Assembly: GCF_963921235.1 (NCBI RefSeq)
Contig: NC_086097.1
Location: 124,932,001 to 124,996,000, forward strand
Length of the DNA stretch: 64,000 bases
DNA from: Mobula hypostoma
Taxonomy: Eukaryota
Reading direction: 5' to 3'
Shown here: positions 26,235 to 39,261 of the stretch, piece by piece
Position numbering within the stretch: position 1 is the stretch's first letter
How the letters are laid out: each line of letters opens with the position of its first letter
Position numbers and translations under genes: made by a program
The notes under the pieces: model-generated
Database searches by the model: none
What the model was told of the DNA's origin: nothing
The model's input: only the letters and a program-made list of their open reading frames with translations

Positions 26235-26806
26235 TCTCACACGCAAAATGCTGGAGGAACTCAGCAAGCCAGGCAGCAACAATGGAGAAGAGCACAGTGG
26301 ACATTTCAGGCCGAGACCCCTCAGCAGAACCAGAGGAAAAAAGGTGAATAGTTATAAAAGGTGGGGAAAGGAGAGAGAGAAACACAAGGTGATAGGTGAA
26401 ACCACGAGGGGAGGGGTGAAGCAAAGAGCTGGGAAGTTGAAAGAGATACGGGGCTGGAGAAGGGGGAAGTCCAAAAGGAGAGGACAGAAGGCTATGGAAG
26501 AAAGAAAAGGGGATAGATAATGGTGCGGTGGTGGCGGAGGGGGAATTACCAGAAGTTTGAGAAATCAACATTCATGCCATCGGGTCAGAGGCTACTCAGA
26601 CAGAATATTAGGCGATATTTCTCCAACCTGAATGTGGTTTCATCACGATAGTAGAAGAGGCCATGGACTGACATGTCGGAATGGGAATGGGAAGCGGAAC
26701 CAAAAAGGATGGACATTTCCCATTCTGCTTCCTGCTCCCATTCCGATATGTCCGTCCATGACCTCCTCTGCTGTCACAATGAGGCTGCATTCAGGTTGGA
26801 GGAACA
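26235..26806 (-). mobile_element. Penelope-like element 3' part (GIY-YIG C-terminus + terminal repeat) with fold-back at its 5' end
   Basis: Minus frame SASHSHSDMSVHGLFYYRDETTFRLEKYRLIFCLSSL*PDGMNVDFSNF; terminal gctgagttcctccagcattttg motif; degenerate hammerhead core at 26304-26327. Confidence 0.8.
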
Positions 26807-26809
26807 AGA

Positions 26810-27452
26810 AGTATTGCATTTTTATTAGTTGAGGTTTCGAGTTTAAGTGTCAGGAAGTTACAGTATGTTGTAGCTTTATAAAACTCTGGATAGGCCACAT
26901 CTGGAGTTCTGGATTAACTTCTGGCCACCCCATTATAGGGTGTGTGTGTGAAGTCTTGGAGAGCGTGCAGGAGATTCACTAGAATGCCTGCTGGATAAGA
27001 GGGCACGTGGTATAAAGAGAGCTTGAACAAACTCGAACAACAGGAATTCTGCAGATGCTGGAAATTCAAGCAACACACATCAAAGTTGCTGGTGAACGCA
27101 ACTTCCTATAGATGCTGCCATGCACCTCTTCCTATAGATGCTGCCTGCGCCTCTTCCTATAGATGCTGCCTGCGCCTCTTCCTATAGATGCTGCCATGCG
27201 CCTCTTCCTATAGATGCTGCCATGCGCCTCTTCCTATAGATGCTACCTGCGCCTCTTCCTATAGATGCTGCCTGGCCTGCTGCGTTCACCAGCAACTTTG
27301 ATGTGTGTTGCTTGAACAAACTCGTTTTGTTTTTACTGGAGCACTGAAGAAACCCTGTAGAAGTATGTAAATTTATGAGAGGCATAGAAAAGAGTAGATA
27401 GTTGGTTTCTTTTTCTCAGGTTGAAATGTTTTGTGTCAAAGGACATGCACTT
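26810..27452 (+). mobile_element. CR1 RT C-terminal fragment, host of the insertion at 27036-27316
   Basis: Decayed LYKTL.RPHLEFWINFWPPHYR..LESVQ..FTRM; EVCKFMRGIE. Confidence 0.8.
27036..27316. mobile_element. Penelope-terminal-repeat-derived insertion: 36-bp perfect inverted repeat enclosing 7 tandem 25-26 bp units
   Basis: Arms 27065-27100 / 27281-27316; unit cctcttcctatagatgctgcc(a)tgcg; flanking direct repeat GCTTGAACAAACTCG at 27021-27035 and 27310-27324. Confidence 0.9.
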
Positions 27453-28749
27453 TAGAGAACAGGGGCCTCTGTGGGCATGCTGGGATCCATACTGGGTTGG
27501 GGCTGGCTCTCCCGTGCTTGCTCAGTGCTGTCCCTGGTGTTCGCTGAGTGGAAGAGCAAGATGGACCAAGACAATTTACCACCAATCTAGAGTCATGCCA
27601 CTCAGGGACTTGGGCTACATGTTTTTTACCTTTGTGACTGTATGTTTTCCTGAAATTGTAACCACTTGTGCTATGTGTGCTGTCCGGGGTGCACTTTGGT
27701 CCTGGAGGAGCGCTGTTTCCTTTCATGTCTGGTTGAATGATAATAAAACTTGATCGTGAACTTCAACTTGAACTTTGCCTTTGTTACTGAATTCCTGAGT
27801 GTAGCACGTGCACAGTGATACATTATGTGTCAATGTAAACATTCTATTTATAAATTTCTCTTTTCATTCTGCTTCTGAGATAACTCGTGTTCCTTTTATA
27901 ATGCTCAATGCCCTCATCTATCTTTCCTCAATCTAATCCGCACATCTTGAATATCTCCAACCCTCTTCCCCCATCTCCAACAACCCATGATGCCTTGCAC
28001 ATCCTTTTCTGACTATATATCTGCTCATTCTAATTAACCCTGAACTGCAAAAGGCAGGAGATACCACAGGGCGATATTCATTGCTTTGAAATAGGAAAGC
28101 AGTTCTGACATAATGGGAAGAGGTATGTTAAACACAGCAAAGCAGATTAGATAGCCTGCATCATGAACTCTTGCTGGGACAGTAATAAATGGCCAAAAAC
28201 TAAAGCTGCAAATAATGAGCAAAGGAGGTGGAAGGGGAAGCAAACTGAGCAGGAATCCTGGACCATTTAATTTGCAGTCTGTCAGGCACGACTGTTGTGC
28301 TCTTTTCAATCGTCTACCAACCCCACAACCATCAGGAACCATTGGGCTCCTGAGCCAGTGTGGATAATTTCAATCACCACTACTCTGAACTGATTCTGCA
28401 ACCTCAGACCCCACTTTCAAGGACTCTTTACAACTTATTTTTTTATTTATACAGTCTGTCTTCTTCTGCACATTGGTTGTTTGTTAGTCTTTGTTCGTGT
28501 ATAGTTTCACATAAGTTCTATTGCATTAGTTTCTTTCCCTGTAAGTTCCTGCAAGAAAAAGAATATTAAGGTAGTAAATTGTAACATTTATGTACTTAGA
28601 TAATAAATTTACTTTGAATTTTGAACTACTGAGAATAGAATGCTCATAATATTAAACTTACAATGCGCAATTGTGGTTATGATGGGGAAAAAATTGGATG
28701 TTCACAAAAAATGTAACTGATAGAGAATGCACACTTGCATCCCTATATT

Positions 28750-29493
28750 GCTTATGAACTTTTAAGTTCCTTGGTGTTATCATTTCCAAGGATCTGGCCT
28801 GGGTCCAGTATGTAACTGCCATTACATGGAAGGTACGTCAGCACCTCCAGTTCCTTAGAAGTTTACAAAGGTTTGGCATGTCATCTAAAACTTTGTCAAA
28901 CTGCTATAGATGTACGGTGGAGAGTATTCTGACTGATTGCATCACAGGCTGGTACAGAAACACCAATGCCTAAAATCAAGAAAAGCTTAGAAAAGGTAGA
29001 GGATATGGCCACTCCTTCATGGATATAGCCTTCCCCCCATTGAGTACATCTATATGAAGCGCTGTCACATGGACCCCCACCATCCAGGCCACGCTCTCTT
29101 CTTACTACTACTATTGGGCAGGAGGTACAGGAGCTTTAGGTCCCACACCACCAGGTTCAGGAACAGTTATTACCCCTCAGCCATATGACTCTTGAAACAG
29201 AGGGGATAACTTCATTCAAATATCTCTCCTCAACACTGAACTAGTTCCACAACCTATGGACATACTTTCATGGATTCTATTAACTCATGTTCTCGCTATT
29301 TATTTATACTTATTATTACTTTTGTACTTGCACAGTTGTCTTTTGCACATTGGTTGTTTGTCTTCATTGTATGTGTTTTCTCATTGACTCTATTGTGTTT
29401 CATTGTATTTAATGTGAACACCCACAAGAAAATGAATCTCAGGGTCGTGTATATGGTCACTTGCTTATATAATAAATTTACTTCGAACTTTGA
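28750..29493 (+). mobile_element. Rex1/Babar LINE 3' end
   Basis: Decayed FKFLGVII...LQRFGMSSKTL..YRCTVESILTDCITGWY; abundant 3' UTR ending aataaatttacttcgaactttgaa (also at about 3190-3340, 6560-6810, 28300-28626, 44040-44822). Confidence 0.85.
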
Positions 29494-30329
29494 AGAGCAA
29501 TTCAATGTTTTTTTTTGGATTACTTAATATATATCAAAAAGAAAAACATTTTTATGCCAGGACTGTAATTAATATGATGACTAAGCTTACTATAAATGAG
29601 ATGTGTATTTTTAAATTGTACTTCCCCTGATTATTTCTTTTTACCTTTTAAGAAAAAAATTAAGGATCCAAATTAGCAACACTTTTATAATGCGTTTAAT
29701 GCTTTAACAAGGTTTTCTTTGGGTACAAGTGAATATAATGGAAAGGCGTGCCAAACAGACTACCTTCTTTTGGACAATGTTTCAGTATATTTAATGTTTC
29801 TTGTTCAATCCTCAGAACAATCTTTCAGAAGATAATCTGATTTGATTCTCAAGAAGAACCAACCTTTTACATAGATGAAAGGGCCCAGTACCAGCTGATA
29901 TGGTTGCAGGTTAAAAAAACCTGGTGCAACATGGACTGGAATCTCTTTCATTCAGTTATTGAGAATATTCAGAATAGGGAGAGAGGGCTTTTGGCCAAAC
30001 AAAATATTTCCTCCTTCAGAGATTGACCCACACCTTTTCATCAGAACCCAGAGCTGAACCCAAAATATTAATTTAGCAATGTGCATTGTGTTCTTTTGAA
30101 TTTTCTTTCAAACTTTTAAATGAGGAGCTGTAATGTGAGACTCCCAAAGGATAAGCTTTCGGTGGCTTTCTTTTTGTAATGCATATCGATGTATTGTGCA
30201 GATGACATTAAAAAAAAAATGCCCAGATGGTTGACTGTGAAGTGAAAAACTTTGGATGACAAACAGTGTATACTTGGTCTGGTCAAAATTAGGCAGAAAA
30301 ATGGCATATGACATTTAATCCAAAAATAA

Positions 30330-30750
30330 TTTGGTGCTGGGACTTGAAGACCTGAGTTATAAGGAAAGGATGAATAGGTTTGAAAAGGTTAGGGCTTTAT
30401 ACCCTGGAGTGTAGGAGAATGAGGGGAGATTTCATATTTTTAGGGGAAATGAAAGCAGGCTCTTTTCACTGATGTTGGGTGAGACTAGAGCTAGAGGTCA
30501 TGGGTGAAGGTGAAAGGTGAAATATTGAAGGGAACCTGAGGGGGAACCTCTTCATTCAGAGGGTGGTATGAGTGTGCAGTGAACTGCCAGCAGAAGTGGT
30601 AGGTGTGGGATCGATTTCACATGTAAGAGAAGTTTGGATAGGTACATAGATGGGTGGTGTATGGTAAATAGGACTAGTCAGAATAATATTTCAGCATGGA
30701 CTAGGTGGGCCAAAGGGCCTATTTCTGTACTGTACTGCTCTATGGTTCTA
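30330..30750 (+). mobile_element. CR1 LINE 3' end
   Basis: GLEDLSYKERMNR..LGLYTLECRRMRGD; tail gggccaaagggcctatttctgtactgtactgctctatggttcta. Confidence 0.85.
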
Positions 30751-31364
30751 TTGTAAACAACTTATTTATCAATTTATTTTTCATATTTTACTCTATTTGG
30801 ATTTAGAAAATTATATGCAAAGAAGATCTGTAGAGAAAAAGGGCACAGTTACTTAATAATGAGTCATCATTATTACTTATGCCATTTCCAAGCAGTACAA
30901 ACAAGCATTAATATGTTTTTTTTGTTTATAGCTGGAAACTTGTTTGTGATATTTTTAGTCAGCCAATCAAATGCTGGCTGTAATAATGAAAATTGTTCAG
31001 GTTATCAAGCCAGAAATTGCCACTTTCACCTAAATAAATGATGAATATCACTGAAAAATTTTAGTGTGGCTGAGGTTGAATTTATTATTTGAAGTCTTAC
31101 AGCATCATGAAGATACCTTTTGATACTGAGCCACTGTATATTTCAATAGGTAATGACCAAGCATGGGTTCTTTGCCTTTCTTTCCTATGCTGAAGAAACG
31201 GTCAACCAAATTTTTGTCAACGAATCCTTAAAAAAAAAGCTGGAAATGCAAACTCTTAAAAGTTCAAAGTTTGCAGTAAATTTATTATCGAAGTACATAA
31301 ACTGCATGTTATCTTATACTATTTTGAGATTGATTTTCTTGCAGACATTTACAGGGAAAGAATA

Positions 31365-31660
31365 AATTTTATTTATTTAATATTTAGAGATATAGCCCCT
31401 TCTAGGCCATTGAGCTGTACCCACCTCCCCCCACCCCAGCAAGCCACCAATTTAACCCTAGCCGAATCACAATTTACAATAACCAATTAACCTACTAACT
31501 GGAATGTCTTTGGAAACCGGAGCACCTGGAGGAAACCGATATGCATATGGGATGAATGTACCAACGTTCTTACAGAGGACACTGAAATTGAACTTTGAAC
31601 ACCGACACCCAAAGTTGTTTATACTGTTGCACTAACCACTACACTACCATGATGCCCTAG
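31365..31660 (-). mobile_element. V-SINE (HE1-like)
   Basis: (ttta)n tail, ggaaaccggagcacctggaggaaacc V-domain, gcactaaccactacac tRNA head. Confidence 0.8.
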
Positions 31661-33034
31661 AATCACACCAGAATTTATGAAATACTGTATGTAATCAAAT
31701 TTTAACAAGCATCCAATGTGAAAAAGAAGACAAATGTTACAACTAAAAAATAATATTGAGAACATGAGTTGTAAAGAGTCCTTGAAAGTGAATCTGTAGG
31801 TCGTAGAATCCAATCAGAGCTATGGTGATTGTAGTTATCCATGCTGGTTCAGGAACCTGATGACTGTAGGGTAATAACTGTTCCTGAAGCTGGTGGACTG
31901 GGACCTAAGGCTTCTGTAGCTCCTGCCCAATGGTAGTAGCAAGAGCTGGGCATAGCCTGGATAATGACGCTCCTTGATGATGGGTGATGCTTTTCTGTGG
32001 CAGTAGTCAGAATCAGGTTTAATATCACCGGCATACTGTAAGCCCTGAAACTTGGTGTCCACGTAAATGCACTCGTTTGCAGAAAGGGTTTAGCGTGAGA
32101 TGGACTGGGCTGTATCTTTCACTTTCTGTAGTCTTTTTTTGTTCCTGGGCATTGGTGTTTCCATACCAGACTGTGATGCAACCAGTTAGGATACTCTCCG
32201 CGATAAAGGTTTTGGTGACACGCCGAATCTACAGAAACGTCTAAGAATGTAGAGGTGCAAAAGAAATTAAAATTATTGACCTTCTCCACCTCTGACCCCA
32301 ATGAGGACTCACTTGTGGACCTCCAGTTTCCTCTTGTTGTGGTCAATACTGACATTGAGTGAGAGGTTGTTGCTGTGGCACCATTCAACCAGATTTTCAG
32401 TCTCCCTTCTATGTATCAATTTATCACCACCTTTAATTTAGTCAACAACAGTGGTGTCATCAGCAAACTGAAATATGGCGTTGAAGCTGCAAGACCTGGG
32501 CTCACAGTCATAGGAACATAGTGAGTAAGGCAAGGGACTAAGCACAAAGCTTTGTGAGTGTGGAGTAGATGTTATTGCAAATCTGTAATGAATGGGGTCT
32601 GCAAGTAAGGAAATCGAGGATCCAGTTGCACAGGGAGGTACTGAGGCCCAGGTCTTGTGGCATAGTGATGACTTTCCAGGGGATGATGGTGTTCAATGCT
32701 GAGCTGTAGTCAATGAAGAGCATCCTGACGTATGTATCTTCACTGTCCAGGTGTTCCAGAGCTGAGTGGAGGGCCAATGAAATAGCATCTGATGTTCAGC
32801 TACTGTGATGATAGGCAAATTGGAGTGGATCCATGTCACTCCTCAGACAGGAGTTGATATGCTTCGTGACCAACCCCTCGAAGCACTTCATCACAGTTGA
32901 TGCAAGTGATACTGGACAATAGTCATTGAGACTGGTTACCACATTCTTCTTGGGCACTGGTATGACTAAATCTGCTTGAAGCAATCTACTTTAGCGAGAA
33001 GCTGAAGATATCCGTTAGCACTGCAACCAGTTGA

Positions 33035-34089
33035 TGTCACAAGGTGGGCGCTGGGAATGAACCCAAATGCAAGACACAGACAGTGAAGTACTAGGAACAG
33101 GACTAGGATGCAGAACCTGGGCTAGGACATGGACAAAAAACAGGGAACCCAGACAAGGAACTATGTACTAGGAGCCTAGACTTGGACTCCGAGCCAGAGA
33201 CTGGATAAGGACCCAGAACCTGGGTCTTGCCTCAGGCTCAGACCCCAGAACCAGGCAAGGACATGACATGGCTATAGGACTGAACGTGGCTGGGGTCTTG
33301 AGGCTTGAGGCTGGAGCTCGGAGACAGACTGGGAACTGTACATCAGCATAGAGCCAGGACTTATCCTTCGAAAAGCCGGGACTCATCTTTAACATGACAT
33401 TAACATGAGACTGGGCAATACATAGATGTAGAGCCGGGACTTATCCTTAGACAAGCTGGGACTCAACTTCATCTCCACACCAAGGTGGGACAGGTCCCTC
33501 CATCAGGTAACAGCAGAATGGCCAGACTTACCCAACAGAGGTAAGGACAAGACAAGACAGGTTCCCCCGTAGGGCAACGGCAGAACAGCCTGACTTACTC
33601 CACGGAGGCGAAGACAAGAAGAGACAAACACCAAAGAACAACAGACAGTTCCATCTCTGCATCGGGGTTGCTCCGAGTAGAAGTTACCGCCAGCAACCTC
33701 GGCTGGCTACGGAAACAGCTGGATCCCTACCTAGCTCGGAGTGGCTGACAGCCACTCAGCTGGCCCGGCAGACAGCCGAATCCATACTGCAAAGACAGCT
33801 CCGACTACTGACAGCAAGGCTCCATGAAGCGATGGTTCTCCAACGCGGCCTAAAGATGGCAAGTAGCCACTCTAGCCTTCCATGGGCAGGTTGCTCCCAA
33901 GGAATCTTGACAAGACAAACCAGCAGCCCACACTCGACCCCAAGGCTACTTATATTCCAAGCCCAAGATGGGGATCAGGTGCCTATGATTAACCCAACTG
34001 AAACAAGGGACAACTGGAAGACCCAGAGTCCTGAGTCCACAGACCGGACCGTGAACCGGAATGTGGACTTCACGGACCGGACCATGACA
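33035..34089 (-). mobile_element. Solo LTR, 1055 bp
   Basis: TGTCA...TGACA termini, exact 5-bp TSD GTTGA (33030-33034, 34090-34094); internal short duplications; orientation from ATATAAG at about 33950 (tentative). Confidence 0.9.
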
Positions 34090-36069
34090 GTTGACTTGTA
34101 TGGCCTTTGGTATTTGGTTAGGTACACTATCTGGGCCGGATTCATCCTCCTGAAGGAGTCTGTCACATTGGCCACAAAGACCAAGATCACAGAGTCTCTG
34201 GGGGCTGTAGGAGTTCATGAAGGAGCCTCATGTTTTGTCAGTCAAAGCAAGTATAAAAGGCATTGAATTCATTTGGGAGTGAAACCTTGTTACTTATGTT
34301 ACTTGGTTTTACTTTGCAAGACATGATAGCACCTGGATCGTTGGTACTTTCTTGTATCGCCATTCCTGACTGCCCTCAACAGATCTTGAATCTCTTGGTT
34401 TATCCAGGGTTTCTGGTTTGGGAAGGCTCTAAATGACTTTATGGGGACACACTTGTCCATGAGTGTCTTTATAAAGTCCATGACAATAATGGCCTATGAA
34501 CATGGCCCAGTCCACTGACTTGAAGCAGTCCCATTGCCACTTGTCTGTCTGCCGTGAGCACCTCTTTACTTCAGCTGCCTTTTTCTTTAGTCTCTGCCTT
34601 TATTCAGATAAGAAGAGGACAGCCAGATGGTCAAATTTTCCAAAATACAGCCAAGGAATGGAAAGGAGGACCTGCTTGATGGTAGTGCAGTAATGATTGA
34701 GTGTGTTGGATCCTCTGGTACTGTAGGTAATGTGTTGATAGTTGTTAGGCAGACATTTCTTCAAGCTAGTCTGATTGAAGTCTCCATCAAAGATGTGAAA
34801 GGTATCAGGGTAGACCATTTCTTGTTTGTTAATCATGGCACCCAATACATCAAATGCTAGCTTGATCTCTGCCTTTGGCGGTATGTAAACTGCAATAATG
34901 ATCATGGTGGAGACCTCACTCGGTAAGTAGAGTGGTCTGTACTTAATCATTGGATGTTCCAGGTCAGGGGGACAAGAGTGAGACAAAAACACTATGTCTT
35001 GTTACGTAACTGGCAACAATGAATATCAATCGAGACAGGTGATATAAAAACAACCAAACATTTATTAAACACGTATAAACGATAAGAAAAAAAAACAAAG
35101 GAAAATTTTAACCGGAGGTTAACAGGTACGCAGCCATTCACCAACTCGCCACTCGGCTCTGGTTCTTAAAGCTTTAAATGCAAAAACAGTTCTTAAAGCA
35201 ATACAGTCAGATATAGTTCTTAAAGCGATAACTTCGAACGTCCAACAGATTTACACGTTCAATTGGGAGAGACTTCTCTGGAGAAGGATTTCTTCACAGA
35301 CGCAACTTTGCTGCTGGTTCTGTCCAGAGGATTCCCGATGCCAAAAATAAACAGTTTAAATCAACTGACTTTAAATTCCTTTAGAGAGAGAGAGAGAGCT
35401 TTTTTGCATGAACTCATTGCCCTTTTGCAAGAGTTATCTCAATGCAGGTTCTCTCCAACGAAGACTCAATAAGGTCAATTCTTTATTAAACTGCCAAACG
35501 ATGCCGACTTCTCTCGATCCTTCACTTGGATGAATTTTTCACTCTCCCTTCAGAACTGTCAGAATTGTGTAAATTGGCACTTCTAGCCACAAATTTCCAG
35601 TTCAATAATACAATATCTTGTAAGAGAACGCACCTTCCGTTTTAAAAATGAAACTGCATCACAAAAACAAACACGCAACAGAAACGGAGGCACAACACGT
35701 TCTACCTGGAAATCTACAAACTCAAAAACCCACTGCGTCACCTGGGTCGACCCTTATATAGTCACGGGGGCATGTCATCACGTGACCTCACATCGGCGGG
35801 AAAATCACATCAGGTGACCTCCAAAAGACATTACATCATTCTGACATAAAAACAGATCTCTTTGAGCATGTAACACCTCCCTCCAAAAAAAAATTTGGTC
35901 TCTTGAAGAACAAAGTTTTAACAATTTATACAAAAAAAATACAAAGGTATAAAATTTACAGAATACACAATATAAACAATCTTATCTTTCAGCCCTTTTC
36001 AAACTAATATACAGTAGGAGTGTTACAAATGATAAAATATCACAAAAAAAACAAATTTTCATTGTACAT

Positions 36070-37909
36070 TTAACATCTAGATAAACACTCAGCGATCACA
36101 TTGTCTTTACCCTTGATATGAGTGATCAAAATATTGTACTCCTGTAACATTAAAATGGATTATTAAATTGGAGTTTAATTTCCTTAACAGTCACAGTAGC
36201 AACTTCTCTCTCATAATACGGTTTTATCATATTTATATGACACAACTGTGTTGTCTTTCTCCTGTCTGGGTTTTTACCACATAATCCACCTCATTTACCT
36301 TAGATTTAATCTCATAAGGACCATGGAATTTGGCTTGTAATGGGTTTGTTTGCACTGGGAAAAGAACCAACACCTTATCTCCAGGCTTAAATGACCTCAT
36401 CCTAGCTTCCTTATCATACCACGTCTTCATCTTCTCTTGAGCTAACTTTAAATTTTCCTTGGCCAAACTACAAGCTTTGTACAACCTCTCTTTAAATTTC
36501 AAAACATCATCTAACAAACTAGTGTGTACTTCTTTATTAATCCACTGTTCCTTCAACAAGGCCAAAGGTCCTCGAACTCTATATCCAAACGCAAGTTCAA
36601 AAGGACTAAAACCTAATGATTCCTGTACTGCCTCCCTTACTGCAAAAAGTAGTAAATGTATACCTTCATCCCAATCCTTTTCATTTTCTACACAATATAT
36701 CCTAATCATAGTTTTTAGTGTAGAATGAAACCTCTCCAAGGCTCCTTGTGATTCTGGATGATAGGCTGAGGAAATAATCTGCTTTGCTCCCAGTTTATAA
36801 ACTATCTGCTGAAACAACTCAGACATAAAATTACTTCCTTGATCTTATTGTATTTCCTCAGGCAGCCCAAAATAAGTGAAGAATTTTATAAGAGCCTTTG
36901 TCACAGTTTTGGCTGTTATATTTCTAAAAGGTACTGCCTCTGGAAACCCAGATGCTGTACACATGATAGTTAATAAATATTGATGTCCAGTTTTAGTTTT
37001 TGGCAAAGGACCTACACAGTCTACAATGATTTTTGAAAATGGCTTACGAAATACAGGAATTGGTTGCAGTGGAGCCACTGGAGTAACCTGATTAGGTTTA
37101 CCAACAATTTGACATGTATGACATGTTCTACAAAATGACGCCACGTTTTGTCTTAAACTAGGCCAATAAAAATGTTTAGAAACTTTGTTCATAGTTTTCT
37201 TTACCCCTAAAAGACCACCCAAAGGAATACTATGAGCCATAGTCAAAATCTCATTTCGGTAAATTTTAGGAACAATAACCTGATGATTAACTTCCCGTTC
37301 CTCACTAGCAGGAATTATAGGCAATCTTCACTTTCTCATTAATACCCCCTTTTCAAAATAATATCCAACTGGTACTTTCCCAATTTCACTATCTGGAAGA
37401 GCTTGTTCTTTTAATTTAACTATCACAGGATCCCTACCCTGCTCTGCTACCATATCCTTCTGAGATAAAGACAAATCTTCCTGATCAGACTCACCACCAA
37501 AATCCTGATCAAATTAGGTAGGTAAGAAAGTTTCTGATACATCCTCAAAATTCGAATCTTGAGTTGAACAGTCATGGGTAACAACCTCATCCTTTATATC
37601 AGTCTTTTTAGCCATAGCTCTTGTTACAACACAGGAAGAATCTGTGTTAGAATCCCTCTGTGGTTCCTCAGAATTTGAATTTATTGTCAAATGCACTTCA
37701 GGAAAAACTTGTCCACCTGCTAAATCATTCCCTAACAAAAGAGAAACATCATTCACAGGTAAACTGGATTGTAGTCCTAATTTAACAAACCCTGTAACTA
37801 ATCCTGACCTTAAATTTACTCTATGTAAATGTAATGGCATAAGGGCACTCCCTACGCCTCTTATATAATTTACCTCACCAATGTCAGACTCATCACTAAA
37901 CCTTAACAC
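36070..37909 (-). pseudogene. protease end, integrase, then RNase H C-terminal stub
   Basis: LLLGNDLAGG; AHSIPLGG..HFYWP..CRTCHTC; IVDCVGPLP; AYHPESQGALERFH; FHGPYEI; then LMLQEYNILITHIKGKDNVIAECLSRC* at 36070-36153. Confidence 0.92.
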
Positions 37910-37924
37910 ATTATCTAATATTAG

Positions 37925-39261
37925 TCATTGTGAAGCTCCAGTATCTCTAAGTATCCTTATCGGTACTGCATTGGATCCTTCTTTCAAGGATAGAAATCCT
38001 TCTGTTATAAAAGCCTCATATCCCTTCTTAACTTGGTCAGACTCTGACACATCTTCATTAATATTTTCTAAACCCTGTGGTTTTACAGGTTTTTCCATAT
38101 GCTGCACACAAGCATCTGGGGCCACTTCTTTCTTTTTCCCTTTCATTCGGAAACAATTAGCCACTACGTGTCCAGGTTTCTTACAATAATTACAAATAGT
38201 ACCAAAATGTCTTTCCTTCACATGTCTCCCTTCATCCTTACTTTTCTCACCAACTTCAGATTTAATGTCTGGTTTACCTTGACTCTCTGTGCTATTTTTC
38301 CTTTAAAAAATTTTACCTGGAGAAAATTTATTCTTGTGAATTAAAACATACTCATCAGCCAATTTAGCAATCTCCTGCAATGTAGCAGTGTCCCGTTCAT
38401 TTAAGTATGTTCTCACTTCAACAGGAATGCTTCTTTTAAATTCCTCCTGCAAAATCAGCTCTTTCAATTTATTATACTCCCCATTCACATTTTTAGAGGA
38501 AACCCATCTCTCAAAACACACAGATTTCTCATAGGCAAATTCCACATAAGTTTTTTCCACAGATTTCTTTAAACTTCTAAATCTTTCTCTATACGCTTCC
38601 GGAACCATCTCATATGCTTTTAATATATTCTCTTTAACAATATCATAATCCAGTGCTTGTTCAGCATTTAAAGCTGTATAAACTTGTTGTGCCTTGCCTT
38701 TAATTACACTTTGTAACATCACTGGCCATTGGTCTTTCGGCCACTTTAAACTCAGAGCAACTGTTTCGAAATGCTGAAAATATGCATCCACATCAGCTTC
38801 ATTAAATGGAGGAGCCAAAACAACCTCACGACTAGCAATAAATTGTTTCATAGAACCAGAAAACTGGTCCCAAACTTTAATTTTTGCATCTCTAGCTCGA
38901 ATTTCCTCTGGTTTTCAGCTTTTCTTTCTGCAAACTCCCTTTTTCTAAGGGCTTCTCTCCTCGAATTCCCTTTTTTATTAGTCTCTCTTTCGGCCATTTC
39001 CACTTTAAATGTTTCAAACTTTAACTGTTCAAGATGCAACTGCATTTCCAGATTACTCAGTGGAAACTTATCTAACACCTCCTGATCAAACAATTCCAAA
39101 TTAATATAATGTTCAGCAGTTATTCTTTGTATGAAAGCCTTAGTGGAATTTCTCGTAATCCCTTTAATATCCAAACTCTTAGCAATCTCCAATACCACAG
39201 GTTTTCTCGCAGTCTCTAAAAATCTCGAGTCAGGTGTCTTCAAAAACCCGTCAATATCCAT
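37925..39261 (-). pseudogene. gag with SCAN-like capsid region, CCHC knuckle and protease start, frameshifted
   Basis: PPFNEADVDAYFQHFETVA..W; EEFKRSIPVEVRTYLNER...IAKLADEY; CNYCKKPGHVVANC; ILRDTGASQ. Confidence 0.9.

Noticed and set aside
27101..27275. Regular 25-26 bp repeats as a CRISPR array
   Set aside because: Units are contiguous with no unique spacers, derive from Penelope sequence, and there are no cas genes in a vertebrate-type context.
29800..29910. Possible host exon after cctcag
   Set aside because: All frames close within a few codons; no recognisable product.
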